Below, one piece after another: positions 18,811-27,592 of a stretch of DNA of 64,000 bases (positions within the stretch are counted from its first letter, which is position 1; every line of letters begins with the position of its first letter). The notes under the pieces are model-generated. The model was not told where the DNA came from, did not search any database, and worked only from the letters and a program-made list of their open reading frames with translations. The position numbers and the translations under genes were made by a program. Source of the DNA: Acidobacteriota bacterium (GTDB lineage: Bacteria; Acidobacteriota; Blastocatellia; RBC074); NCBI GenBank assembly GCA_037439425.1, contig JBBIWA010000010.1, positions 41,590-105,589 on the forward strand. The letters run 5' to 3'.

Positions 18811-20082
18811 CTATGGTTGCCAGCGAGTGATAATTCGGGCAATCTCCTCATTCGCCCGATTCATCGCCTCTTCGGGCGTCAGCTCACCGCTGTTAGCTTT
18901 TGACAGAAAGATGCCGAAAGCGTTTTCGATCTCGTTCCAGAGCGGGGTGCGCGGGCGCGGGCGCGACGTGGCTAGTGATTTCAACTGCACCGGATAGGAA
19001 GGGAACTTTGCTTGCAGCTCCGGATCGTTGAAGATGCTCTCGCGCGTGGGCGGATTACCACGCAGCGCCGATTTACGCATCTGCTCTTTACTTGTTACCC
19101 AGAGTATAAAGTCAAAAGCAGCCTCCTTATTGCGCGCTCCCAGGGGGATAGCCAGTAGCCAATTGCCGATCTCAGCCTGCCCCGGGCGCTTCTGTCCCGG
19201 CACGGTGGTGATCTCCACTTTGCCGATCACTTTCGATTTGGCCGGATCACGAAACGCGGGAATCCAGGCGGGCCAGTTGATGCTTTGCGCGGCGGTGCCT
19301 TGTAAGAGATGAGCCGCGACCTCATCTGCATTGAAGCTGACGTAGCCCGGCGGCGCATACTTGCCCAGCTCAAGCATGAACTTAAGCGCAGCGATACCTT
19401 CAGGGCTGTTGACCGAGGGCTGCCCTTCAGCATCAAACATCTCCGCACCGAAAGCCCAGAAGAGTGGGAGAAAATCGGCGACCACGGCGTTGCCCTGTGC
19501 AGCCCGCATCACATAACCATGAATCTTCTCCTGCTCCTGAATCGTACGCGCTGCTGTCAAAACCTCATCCCAGGTGGCGGGCGGGTTGAGGCCATATTTT
19601 TCAAACAGGTCTTGGCGATAGAAATAGAGCTGCGAATTGCCGACGTAAGGCAGCGCATAGAGCTTGCCCGTTTTGTAAGGATGGCGACAGAGCGCGAGGG
19701 ATGCTGGAACGAAGTCTTCATCTGGCCCCTTCAACCCACGCGCCTGATAAAGCGGCTCCAGCTCCGCTAGATTGTTCTCCACCGCAGTGAAGCGCGGAAA
19801 CCACGGATCATCGAGCATGATGATGTCGTAAGCGCCGGTGCGACTGATCAGGTCTACCAGCTCCTTCTCGAACAGATTCGCGTAGGGAAATTCAGCGATG
19901 GTGATCCTGATGCCGCGTTCCGCTTCGTAGTCCTCAGCTGCTGCCTTCAGCGCATCGCCTTCGACGCCAGAGTTGACAGCGATGGTTAGTTCTTTTCCGC
20001 TCGGGTCTCGTTGGCAGGCTGCGGGAAAGAGCATCAGAGCCGTGGCCAACCAGAGCTTAATCAAGGTGTGGGGTAGTTTCAT
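18811..20082 (-). CDS. Carbohydrate ABC transporter substrate-binding lipoprotein
   Basis: PAAC lipobox, YALPY, PPATWDE; ATG at 20082. Confidence 0.9.
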   Translation of the reverse strand: MKLPHTLIKLWLATALMLFPAACQRDPSGKELTIAVNSGVEGDALKAAAEDYEAERGIRITIAEFPYANLFEKELVDLISRTGAYDIIMLDDPWFPRFTAVENNLAELEPLYQARGLKGPDEDFVPASLALCRHPYKTGKLYALPYVGNSQLYFYRQDLFEKYGLNPPATWDEVLTAARTIQEQEKIHGYVMRAAQGNAVVADFLPLFWAFGAEMFDAEGQPSVNSPEGIAALKFMLELGKYAPPGYVSFNADEVAAHLLQGTAAQSINWPAWIPAFRDPAKSKVIGKVEITTVPGQKRPGQAEIGNWLLAIPLGARNKEAAFDFILWVTSKEQMRKSALRGNPPTRESIFNDPELQAKFPSYPVQLKSLATSRPRPRTPLWNEIENAFGIFLSKANSGELTPEEAMNRANEEIARIITRWQP

Positions 20083-20105
20083 CTGGTCTTGGCTCTCTTC
20101 CTCCA

Positions 20106-20194
20106 CCTGGGTAGGTGCGCCTCCGGGCGTGCCTGGTTTCAATTAGCGCGCCGTGTTCGGAAGCTGAAGCACGCTAGATGCGTGCCTACCCAGG
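20106..20194. repeat. REP doublet (family A)
   Basis: CCTGGGTAGGTGCGCCTCCGGGCGTGC ... GCACGCTAGATGCGTGCCTACCCAGG. Confidence 0.8.
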
Positions 20195-20367
20195 GAAGTC
20201 TTACTTTTCATCGCACCCAATCGCCACTTTTCACTCCCTTTGGCGATGAGGGCCGGTGTAAAGAGACTATTGAATGGCGCCGTGATCTGGCCAAGGCTGG
20301 CTACGCCACTGCTGACACTACCTGCCTCCCCTTTAAGCCACATATCGGAGGGAGAGATCAAAACTCA

Positions 20368-20424
20368 AGGGGGCGCAGCCTGTAACGTTGATGATCGTTG
20401 AAGCACTTCTTGACTGCGCCCCCT
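20368..20424. other. 11-bp perfect inverted repeat downstream of the dehydrogenase
   Basis: AGGGGGCGCAG ... CTGCGCCCCCT with a 35-nt loop; possible terminator or mRNA-stabilising stem. Confidence 0.4.
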
Positions 20425-20457
20425 GTATCGCGGGTGTCAGGCGCGCTCTATCGGTGA

Positions 20458-21480
20458 TCACGGTTCGACGACAACTTTAATGGCTTCTCCAGCGCGCAGG
20501 GCCTCAAAGCCTTCACCAACACGGGGCAGCTTCAATTTGTGGGTTACCAGTTTTTCAACCGGCAGCAATCCTGCCTCCAAACTGCGCACCACTTTGGGGA
20601 AGGCAGTGCGCTGAATATAAGAGCCGAAGATGGAGATCTCGTAGCGCGTAATCGTGTTCTGATTCACTGGACGCTCAGCCTGCTCATTCATGCCAAAAAG
20701 AATAATGCGTCCGCCACGCCTCACTAACTCCATCGCTTCAGGAAAGAGTATTCCAACAGCATCCACCACAATGTCAGCACCGACGCGAGTCAGCGCTTTG
20801 ACTTCAGCCGTGCTGTTTTGCGTCTTCGGATCAAGCACCACATCGGCGCCGAGCCGTTGCGCTGCGCGTCGTCGAAACTCAACCGGTTCGATCAGGATCA
20901 CTTTGCCTGCGCCGGCGAGTTTGAAATAGAGCAGAAACAGAAGCCCGATCGGACCAGCGCCCAAAATCGCGACGCTTTCACCAGGCATCGGCGCCGCCTT
21001 TTCCACCGCAGGCAAGACACAGGCGAGTGGTTCAGATAACGTAGCACGCTCAGTCGGCACATCACGATGGATCTTGTGCAGCGCTCTGGCTGGAGCCAGG
21101 TTGAACTCGGCCAAACCACCATGACGGAAGATGCCGAGCGAAGTCATGTTTTCGCACATGTTCGTAATGCCTGAGCGGCAATAATCGCACCATCCACAGG
21201 TGATGTTCGGATCAATCACCACGCGATCTCCAATCTGCACGTGCTGCACTTTATCGCCCGCATCAATCACCGTCGCCACATACTCATGGCCGAGAATGCT
21301 CCCTGGTGTGGCCGGATGGCCGGGTGGATCGGCGAGAATGTGAAGATCCGTCCCGCAGATGCTGGCGCAATCTACCTTGAGCAGCACATCATCGTCGGCG
21401 GTAATGCGAGGGCGCGGGACCTCTTCAATGCCCCACCTCCCCGCTCCGTGAAAAACGACGGCTTGCATTTTTTCACTCAT
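20458..21480 (-). CDS. Zn-dependent medium-chain (polyol/threonine dehydrogenase-like) dehydrogenase
   Basis: ICGTD, GHE, CxxCxxC-x7-C structural Zn site, GAGPIG. Confidence 0.92.
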   Translation of the reverse strand: MSEKMQAVVFHGAGRWGIEEVPRPRITADDDVLLKVDCASICGTDLHILADPPGHPATPGSILGHEYVATVIDAGDKVQHVQIGDRVVIDPNITCGWCDYCRSGITNMCENMTSLGIFRHGGLAEFNLAPARALHKIHRDVPTERATLSEPLACVLPAVEKAAPMPGESVAILGAGPIGLLFLLYFKLAGAGKVILIEPVEFRRRAAQRLGADVVLDPKTQNSTAEVKALTRVGADIVVDAVGILFPEAMELVRRGGRIILFGMNEQAERPVNQNTITRYEISIFGSYIQRTAFPKVVRSLEAGLLPVEKLVTHKLKLPRVGEGFEALRAGEAIKVVVEP

Positions 21481-22262
21481 ACGAAAATCTCCAGTGGTGC
21501 TTGCGCTGCTGCTTCATCCGGGCCGAGCGGAAAAAACTCCATCCCGACCAGCCCATCATATTTGATCCGCTTGAGCAATTGAACCACAGCGCAATAATCG
21601 ATCTTTCCTGTGCCCGGTTGATGGCGTCCGGGCATATCGGCGACGTGAAGATAGCCAATCCATCGCCAGTTTCTTTCGATTTCAGCGAGCACATCTTCGC
21701 CCATCATGCTCATGTGGTAGATGTCGTAGAGCAAACTCACTTGCGGGCTGGCCACCTGCTGCACGATCTCTAGGCCCACTTTTGAGCTGTTGAGGAAACA
21801 CCTGCGATGATCAAGCGCAGTGTTAAGCGGCTCCAGCAGCATCACCACACCTGATGCCCTTGCCCATTCGGCCAGCTCGCTTAGTCCCTCCACCATGCTT
21901 TCAACCTTCTTCTCCGCCGGAAGCGAGGAGGTGGAAGCGGCGCTACCATCAGCTTCCAGCACATCGCTGAGCATCATGACATGAGGACACCGCAGCCGCC
22001 GCGCGGCGCCAAAGACCTGCATCATCTCCTCAACCAATCCACTTCGATCATCAGGATCCACAAGCGAGTGCCGGCGATTCCCGCTCATGGCTGCTACGGT
22101 CAGCCCCTCTTCTGCCGCTGTCTCCGCAATCGCCGCCAGGTCTTTATCGCGCCAATCCCAGAATTCAATGGCGCGATAGCCCAGCCGGGACGCAAGGCGC
22201 ATCCGTTCGGTGAAGGGACGATCCGTAAACAGTGTTTCTAAGCAGAGCGAGAGTTTCATCAC
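21477..22262 (-). CDS. Hydroxypyruvate isomerase-like TIM-barrel isomerase
   Basis: AIEFW, LLEPLN, LYDIYH, HVADMPGRHQPGTG. Confidence 0.85.
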   Translation of the reverse strand: MMKLSLCLETLFTDRPFTERMRLASRLGYRAIEFWDWRDKDLAAIAETAAEEGLTVAAMSGNRRHSLVDPDDRSGLVEEMMQVFGAARRLRCPHVMMLSDVLEADGSAASTSSLPAEKKVESMVEGLSELAEWARASGVVMLLEPLNTALDHRRCFLNSSKVGLEIVQQVASPQVSLLYDIYHMSMMGEDVLAEIERNWRWIGYLHVADMPGRHQPGTGKIDYCAVVQLLKRIKYDGLVGMEFFPLGPDEAAAQAPLEIFV

Positions 22263-22265
22263 AGA

Positions 22266-23915
22266 TCATCTGGGAGTGATCACCACGATGCCGATCCGCA
22301 AAGTGTTTTTCTCTGCTGTCTGCGCCGGGAAGACGAACTTCTGAAGCGCGAACTGATTTTTGAGTCCTTCGATACTGCCCACCTCACGGCGCTCCCAATC
22401 TTCAAAGCGAACTGTGTGGCCGCGAATCTTGCCGGTCAAGACCAGCTCCAGCCCCAGTGGATCGTGGACCAGCTCCACCAGGTTGCCTTTCAAATCGGCA
22501 TACTCTCCCGTCCGCCCACAGATCGGACAGATTTCTACGTCCGCGTGATTCGGGTTGGTGTGCTCGACCTCGTAATGTGCGCTCGCAGCAAAACGATAAA
22601 ACGCACCTTCACCGGTTGAAGTCTTGAGTCTCACCTGATCCAACTTCTGTTTTGCCAGCGCGCTGTAGTAATAGCGCATATGAAAAGCATGCGCGTGTTG
22701 CAGCGCGCGATGCTCGCGCACTTCCCAGGGTTGCAGGTGCTCCAACCGCACTTCGAAGTCGCAGCCTTCGGGATTGGTGAAAGGCCCGTAAAATTCCATC
22801 AGTCGCATCGTCGTGCGCAAATTCTCCGTCACCAGTTTGACCGCAGCTTCGTAGGAGGGAGCTAACGCCGCATCCACGTAGAACCAGAGGTTCGGATAGC
22901 GCGGCATCGCCCGATCAAAGACCGTTTTCGGCGGCAGTTGAAAATCGTCCAGCGAAGGTGCGCTCAGGATAACAATCCCCTCTTTATTGGGGCTTTGCGC
23001 TTCAACGGGCCACTCAGTCTTGGGGCGAAAGTTGTAGCTCAGGAAATGCTGATTGATCGTCGCACTATTCCAGCGTGAGACCAGAGCCATTCGCTTCTTA
23101 TCAAGCCACTCTAGTGGATCAATCAAGCGAGAGAAGTTGATGAAATCATCCCACAAGCCAGCGAATTTGTTCGGCCAGCCTGAGCGAATGCCCAGAGGAT
23201 GAGTAGCCATTCGCCGCCCTTCTCGAGAGAGTTTGGCATAGGTCCCCTGATTATAAAGCTTGAGCGAGATCGGTTGATGGAGCGGATAATGCTCTCTTTC
23301 CGCATCCCCAAGATCGGCGATGATAGTCAGTTCTTCCCATCCAACTGGCATCGAACCGTGCTTGCCCCATTGCACGTTGACGCGCGGACGCATCCCATGC
23401 TGGCGCGCATCCGCCAACGCCGCCTCACCACCCACTAGAATGCGACCATGAAAGTAGGTCCAGATTTTCTCGATAGACTTCTGATCCGGCGCATACTGCA
23501 CCCACATCAATTCGTGATCGCACGGATCGTTGTCTTCGGGAAAGTCTATGTCATCCTCCCAAAAGAAGTGGTAAGCGATTAACCGCGCAGTTGGATGGAG
23601 AATGACAGCAAAATCCTTGAGTGGGAAAAACTCCGTCGGAGTAACATAGATGCGCGGCGCGAAACGGCGCACCAGTTGCCACTCTTCAGCCGTCAGTGCG
23701 CGCGGCGGATCCAGCTCTAGCGCGCGCGCATAAGACTTGCTGGCATCATCCAGACAGCGGCGCAAATGATAAGCCACGCCTAACTGATGGTGAAACTCAG
23801 CAGTATCTTCGACTCGTTGCGCGGCTACAGGTAGATGAAGACAGGCGATCATCAACCACACCATTAGACCGCTACTGCGCCACCGGGCGATATGCGATAG
23901 ATAAGTTATCAGCAT
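22266..23915 (-). CDS. Hypothetical secreted protein with N-terminal TPR-like repeat
   Basis: Signal peptide, HHQLGVAYH...YARALELDP, His/Cys-rich C-terminus; co-directional with neighbours. Confidence 0.75.
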   Translation of the reverse strand: MLITYLSHIARWRSSGLMVWLMIACLHLPVAAQRVEDTAEFHHQLGVAYHLRRCLDDASKSYARALELDPPRALTAEEWQLVRRFAPRIYVTPTEFFPLKDFAVILHPTARLIAYHFFWEDDIDFPEDNDPCDHELMWVQYAPDQKSIEKIWTYFHGRILVGGEAALADARQHGMRPRVNVQWGKHGSMPVGWEELTIIADLGDAEREHYPLHQPISLKLYNQGTYAKLSREGRRMATHPLGIRSGWPNKFAGLWDDFINFSRLIDPLEWLDKKRMALVSRWNSATINQHFLSYNFRPKTEWPVEAQSPNKEGIVILSAPSLDDFQLPPKTVFDRAMPRYPNLWFYVDAALAPSYEAAVKLVTENLRTTMRLMEFYGPFTNPEGCDFEVRLEHLQPWEVREHRALQHAHAFHMRYYYSALAKQKLDQVRLKTSTGEGAFYRFAASAHYEVEHTNPNHADVEICPICGRTGEYADLKGNLVELVHDPLGLELVLTGKIRGHTVRFEDWERREVGSIEGLKNQFALQKFVFPAQTAEKNTLRIGIVVITPR

Positions 23916-23979
23916 GAAGGTAATAATTCATTCACCCCGAAGAGACGAAGAAGACAAAGTAATTCTCCTTCACCCCCTC

Positions 23980-24066
23980 CCTGGGAGCGCAGACATCTTG
24001 CCTGCCTGGCTTCGATGAGTAGGTGGCAGCCGGAAGCTCCGGCACGCTTACAAGTGCGCTCCCAGG
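23980..24066. repeat. REP doublet (family A)
   Basis: CCTGGGAGCGCAGACATCTTGCCTGC ... GCACGCTTACAAGTGCGCTCCCAGG. Confidence 0.8.
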
Positions 24067-24142
24067 GGGGCATTGTTGCAGGGCGTTGCCAGCAACCTCA
24101 ACCCCTCTTTACTCTCCTCGTGTCCTTCGTGGTGAAATGTTG

Positions 24143-27100
24143 TTAGAAGTAGAGCTTCAATCCGAACTGAATGATGCGCGCGTTACCCGCCGTCAGAATC
24201 TGTCCAAAGCCGCTCGACTCGCGCCGAATATCGGGCGGGCCGAAATTGGCGCGATTGAAGGCATTGAACAGCTCGGTGCGGAACTGGAAGTAGCGCCGTT
24301 CAGTGAGATAGAAGTTCTTCGCCAGCGTGAAGTCGAAGTTCACCAAACCAGGGCCACGCATGATGCCGACCCCGGCGTTGCCGAAGGCCTGCGGCGCCGG
24401 GTTGTAGAAAGCAAACGCATCGGTATTGAACCAGCGCTGAATGCTTCTCTGAGATTCTGGCAAAACGGGATTGCCGACCAGGTTGGGACGGGCGCGGCGC
24501 TCACCGCCGAGACTGAGCACCGTGGCACCACTTACTGTGGCCGTGAGTCCCAGGCCGCCCTGCAACACGTGGATGCCAGTCACCTGCCAGCCGCCAAACA
24601 CCAGATCGGCAAACGTGCTCCAGTTATTGCCCCAGCGCCTGCCGCGCCCGAACGGAAGCTCATAGATGTAGCTGGCGACGAAGCGGTGCTTGATGTCGAA
24701 TTCGGCCAGCCCACGTTCGGCCTTCAGATTGTTTCCATCCTGCGGCTCACGGAAAGTGCCGGTATCAACGCCCGCGCCCGCGCCGCTGGTGGAGATATGA
24801 TCGGGCGACTCGGTCAACGCCTTGCCCCACGTATAGCTGACCAGCCCGGTCAAGCCGCTAGAGAAACGCTTCTCCAAACGCACTTGCAGCGAGTGGTAGC
24901 TAGAATTGACGCGGTTCTCCATCCACTGGATATCACCGAAGGCCGGGAATGGGCGCGCGCCAGCCGAGTGCGAGCCATTAGGATTGACGATCACCGCGCG
25001 CTGATTCAGATTGCGGAAGCCGTTCAGCTTCGTTCCCTTGTTGCCCACATAAGCCACATCCAGCAGCAGGTCTTTGACCAGCTCATACTGCATCCCGAAG
25101 TTGTACTGCTGGACGTAGGGACTGCGCTGGAAGGGGTCTTGCGCGCGACGCAGCACCGTGGGCGAAAGCGTGTTCGGATCGAGCAAGCCCGAAGGATAGC
25201 CGTTGACCAGACGGAAGATTGCTGCCGAGGCTACCGCCGCCGATCCCGTCACGTTGGTCTGCAACAGGTTGTCCACCAGGAAGGGCGGATTGAACCCAAG
25301 CAAGCCTTCGCGCCCTTGCCTGACGGTGTGCGTGTAGAAGATGCCGTAGGCGCCGCGAATCACCCAGCGCTGCGCCGCCTGATAAGCGAAGCCGAAACGC
25401 GGCGCGAAGTTGTTGCGATCCGGATGAATCAGCGCGCGCTCAAAAGTGCTGCCTGGCCGGGCGAAGAATACCGTGCCTGTCTTCGGATCGAAGTTAGCAA
25501 AGCGATTCTCCTTCTCCCGCGGCGGCGTCGCGTACTCATAGCGCAGCCCCAGATTCAAAGTGAGTTGGGGAGTCACCTTGAAATCGTCCTGCAGGAAGAG
25601 GAAGTACATATCCTGGCCCTGATCCATGATCGAGAGGCTGGTGAGCGCTAACTGAGAAGGCAGACCTAACAGCAGATCGCCCACCGCGCGTCCGGTGAAG
25701 CGATTATCGAAGTTCATGCGGCCAATGGTCGCATTCAGATCATTGATCTTGGTCTGAACATGCAGAAACTCCGTCCCGAACTTGAGGAAGTGGCGCCCCT
25801 GATTGAGGCTGAAAGTAGCACGTGGATTCCAGGAGCGCGGCGTCTGGAACTGCGGCGTGGAAGTGTGGCGCCCCACTGCGTCAAAGCCTTGAATGTTGAT
25901 CTTGGGCAGACCACCCAGGATCGCAGGGTTGTTCGGCACATTCTTTAATCCGACCTGCGCCGGGCCATCCACGCCAAAGTTGGGTGGGAAGGTGAAATAG
26001 TTGCCACGCGCCCAGCCAAAGCGAAAATCACCGACAAAGGCCGGATTGAAGGTCCAGGTCAAACCAATAGCCAGACCTTGCGAACGATTCTGGTTCGACC
26101 CGAAAGCATCATTGAACGATCCTTCAGCCAATCCAGGCAGCGGAGCCGGACGGAAGGTGTCGGTGTCTACGAAGCTGTAGCGAGTGAAGAAGTTGATATT
26201 TGGCGCGAACTGATGATCAACTCGGACATCGAATTGATCCTGTCGCGTGCGCGTGACCGGTGTCGAAGCATAGATCGTCGTGCCCGGCACATTCGGATCA
26301 GGGATGAGCGCCACGATCTTGGCTCCGACCGGATCCCAGAGGCTTTGCGGAATGACCCACTTCCCTTGAGCATTCTTGCTGAATTCGGGTCGCCCCGCCG
26401 CGAAAGGATTGAAGACAGCACTGCTGAAGATGCCAGCCTTCTCCTCCGCCGTGGGCACCCGCCGCACGCGCGGCACACCTTCACGCTCGCGCAAGCCCTC
26501 GTAATCCCCAAACCAGAAGGTGCGGTTTTTGACCAGCGGCCCACCGACTGCTGTGCCAAACTGATTGCGTTGGCGGCGGGGTTTCGGCGCGCCGAGCGCA
26601 TTGGAGAAGAAGTTGTTAGCATCCAGCACGTCGTTGCGCAAGAATTCATAAACGCTGCCGCGAATGCTGTTGGTCCCCGATTTGATCGTGGCGTTGACTA
26701 CAGCTCCAGAGCTGCGGCCAAACTCCGCCGAATAAGCGTTGGTTTGAATCTTGAACTCCTGCAACGCTTCGATTGAAGGCTGCACCAGTTGCACGTTTTC
26801 ACCGCGGAATGAGTTGGAGTAAGAGATGTTGTCCACCCCATCCAGCAGGAAGACGTTGTTGAAGGTGCGATTGCCGTTGACATTGAGCACGCCTTTGAAG
26901 TTGACCACTGCGAGCCGTGGCGTGCCTGGCAGGACGCCCGGCGAAAGCAGCGCGAGCTGATTGTAGTCGCGGCCATTCAAGGGCAAATCAACGATCTTCT
27001 TCTGATCTATGACCGAGCCGCGCGCCGAGGTCTCCGTCTCCAGCAGCGGTGCGGCTTCGACGATCTCAACGACTGTGGTCAGTTCCCCAATCTGCAAAGT

Positions 27101-27418
27101 GACGTCTATGCGGGCTACCTGATTGACTTGCAGCGTGATCCCGCTGCGCACAGCTTTTTTGAAGCCAGCTTTCTCGACCGTAATCGAGTAGGAGCCGGGC
27201 TTGAGGCTAGGCACGAAGTAGATGCCTTGATCATTGGTTTCGCTCTTGAGGCTGACGTTCGTTTCGACATTGGTGATGGTGATGGTTGCTTTCGGCACCA
27301 CCGCACCTGAAGCATCCTTCACTTCACCGGTGATTGTCGCCGTCTCTTGCTGCGCCAGTAGCGGGCAGACCAAGAGCAAGACTAAGAAGAGCGTAAAAAG
27401 TGGTCGTCGCGCGTTCAT
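24143..27418 (-). CDS. TonB-dependent receptor (carboxypeptidase-regulatory N-domain, Oar-like)
   Basis: ITGEVKDASGAVVP, LPLNGR, LNLGLRYE, C-terminal RIIQFGLKLYF; SD GGAGG before ATG 27418. Confidence 0.93.
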   Translation of the reverse strand: MNARRPLFTLFLVLLLVCPLLAQQETATITGEVKDASGAVVPKATITITNVETNVSLKSETNDQGIYFVPSLKPGSYSITVEKAGFKKAVRSGITLQVNQVARIDVTLQIGELTTVVEIVEAAPLLETETSARGSVIDQKKIVDLPLNGRDYNQLALLSPGVLPGTPRLAVVNFKGVLNVNGNRTFNNVFLLDGVDNISYSNSFRGENVQLVQPSIEALQEFKIQTNAYSAEFGRSSGAVVNATIKSGTNSIRGSVYEFLRNDVLDANNFFSNALGAPKPRRQRNQFGTAVGGPLVKNRTFWFGDYEGLREREGVPRVRRVPTAEEKAGIFSSAVFNPFAAGRPEFSKNAQGKWVIPQSLWDPVGAKIVALIPDPNVPGTTIYASTPVTRTRQDQFDVRVDHQFAPNINFFTRYSFVDTDTFRPAPLPGLAEGSFNDAFGSNQNRSQGLAIGLTWTFNPAFVGDFRFGWARGNYFTFPPNFGVDGPAQVGLKNVPNNPAILGGLPKINIQGFDAVGRHTSTPQFQTPRSWNPRATFSLNQGRHFLKFGTEFLHVQTKINDLNATIGRMNFDNRFTGRAVGDLLLGLPSQLALTSLSIMDQGQDMYFLFLQDDFKVTPQLTLNLGLRYEYATPPREKENRFANFDPKTGTVFFARPGSTFERALIHPDRNNFAPRFGFAYQAAQRWVIRGAYGIFYTHTVRQGREGLLGFNPPFLVDNLLQTNVTGSAAVASAAIFRLVNGYPSGLLDPNTLSPTVLRRAQDPFQRSPYVQQYNFGMQYELVKDLLLDVAYVGNKGTKLNGFRNLNQRAVIVNPNGSHSAGARPFPAFGDIQWMENRVNSSYHSLQVRLEKRFSSGLTGLVSYTWGKALTESPDHISTSGAGAGVDTGTFREPQDGNNLKAERGLAEFDIKHRFVASYIYELPFGRGRRWGNNWSTFADLVFGGWQVTGIHVLQGGLGLTATVSGATVLSLGGERRARPNLVGNPVLPESQRSIQRWFNTDAFAFYNPAPQAFGNAGVGIMRGPGLVNFDFTLAKNFYLTERRYFQFRTELFNAFNRANFGPPDIRRESSGFGQILTAGNARIIQFGLKLYF

Positions 27419-27545
27419 GGTTTCATCCTCCAATTCGGGTTGATAGGACTGGGGCTACCATCGCGATAGCCGTCACCACTGCAAGACTGCTCGTGAGCAA
27501 AAACCTGGCGGGCAGCTTCCTGCCCTTAATCTCAGATGAGATTGA

Positions 27546-27580
27546 CAGGGCGCAGCTTGGGCTGCCCGAGCTGCACCCTG
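27546..27580 (-). terminator. GC-rich hairpin between the two TonB receptor genes
   Basis: CAGGGCGCAGCTTGGGCTGCCCGAGCTGCACCCTG directly after the stop codon; no U-tract, so it may be a stabilising stem. Confidence 0.4.
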
Positions 27581-27592
27581 CTTGTTTAGTCT

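Noticed and set aside
20241-20295. Fluoride riboswitch-like start GGCGATGAGGGCC
   Set aside because: Lacks the 3' GCTGATG..CT pseudoknot segment and lies antisense to the operon
24023-25651. 542-aa plus-strand ORF and many other antisense ORFs
   Set aside because: Shadow frames of well-supported minus-strand genes in GC-rich DNA, with no recognisable motifs
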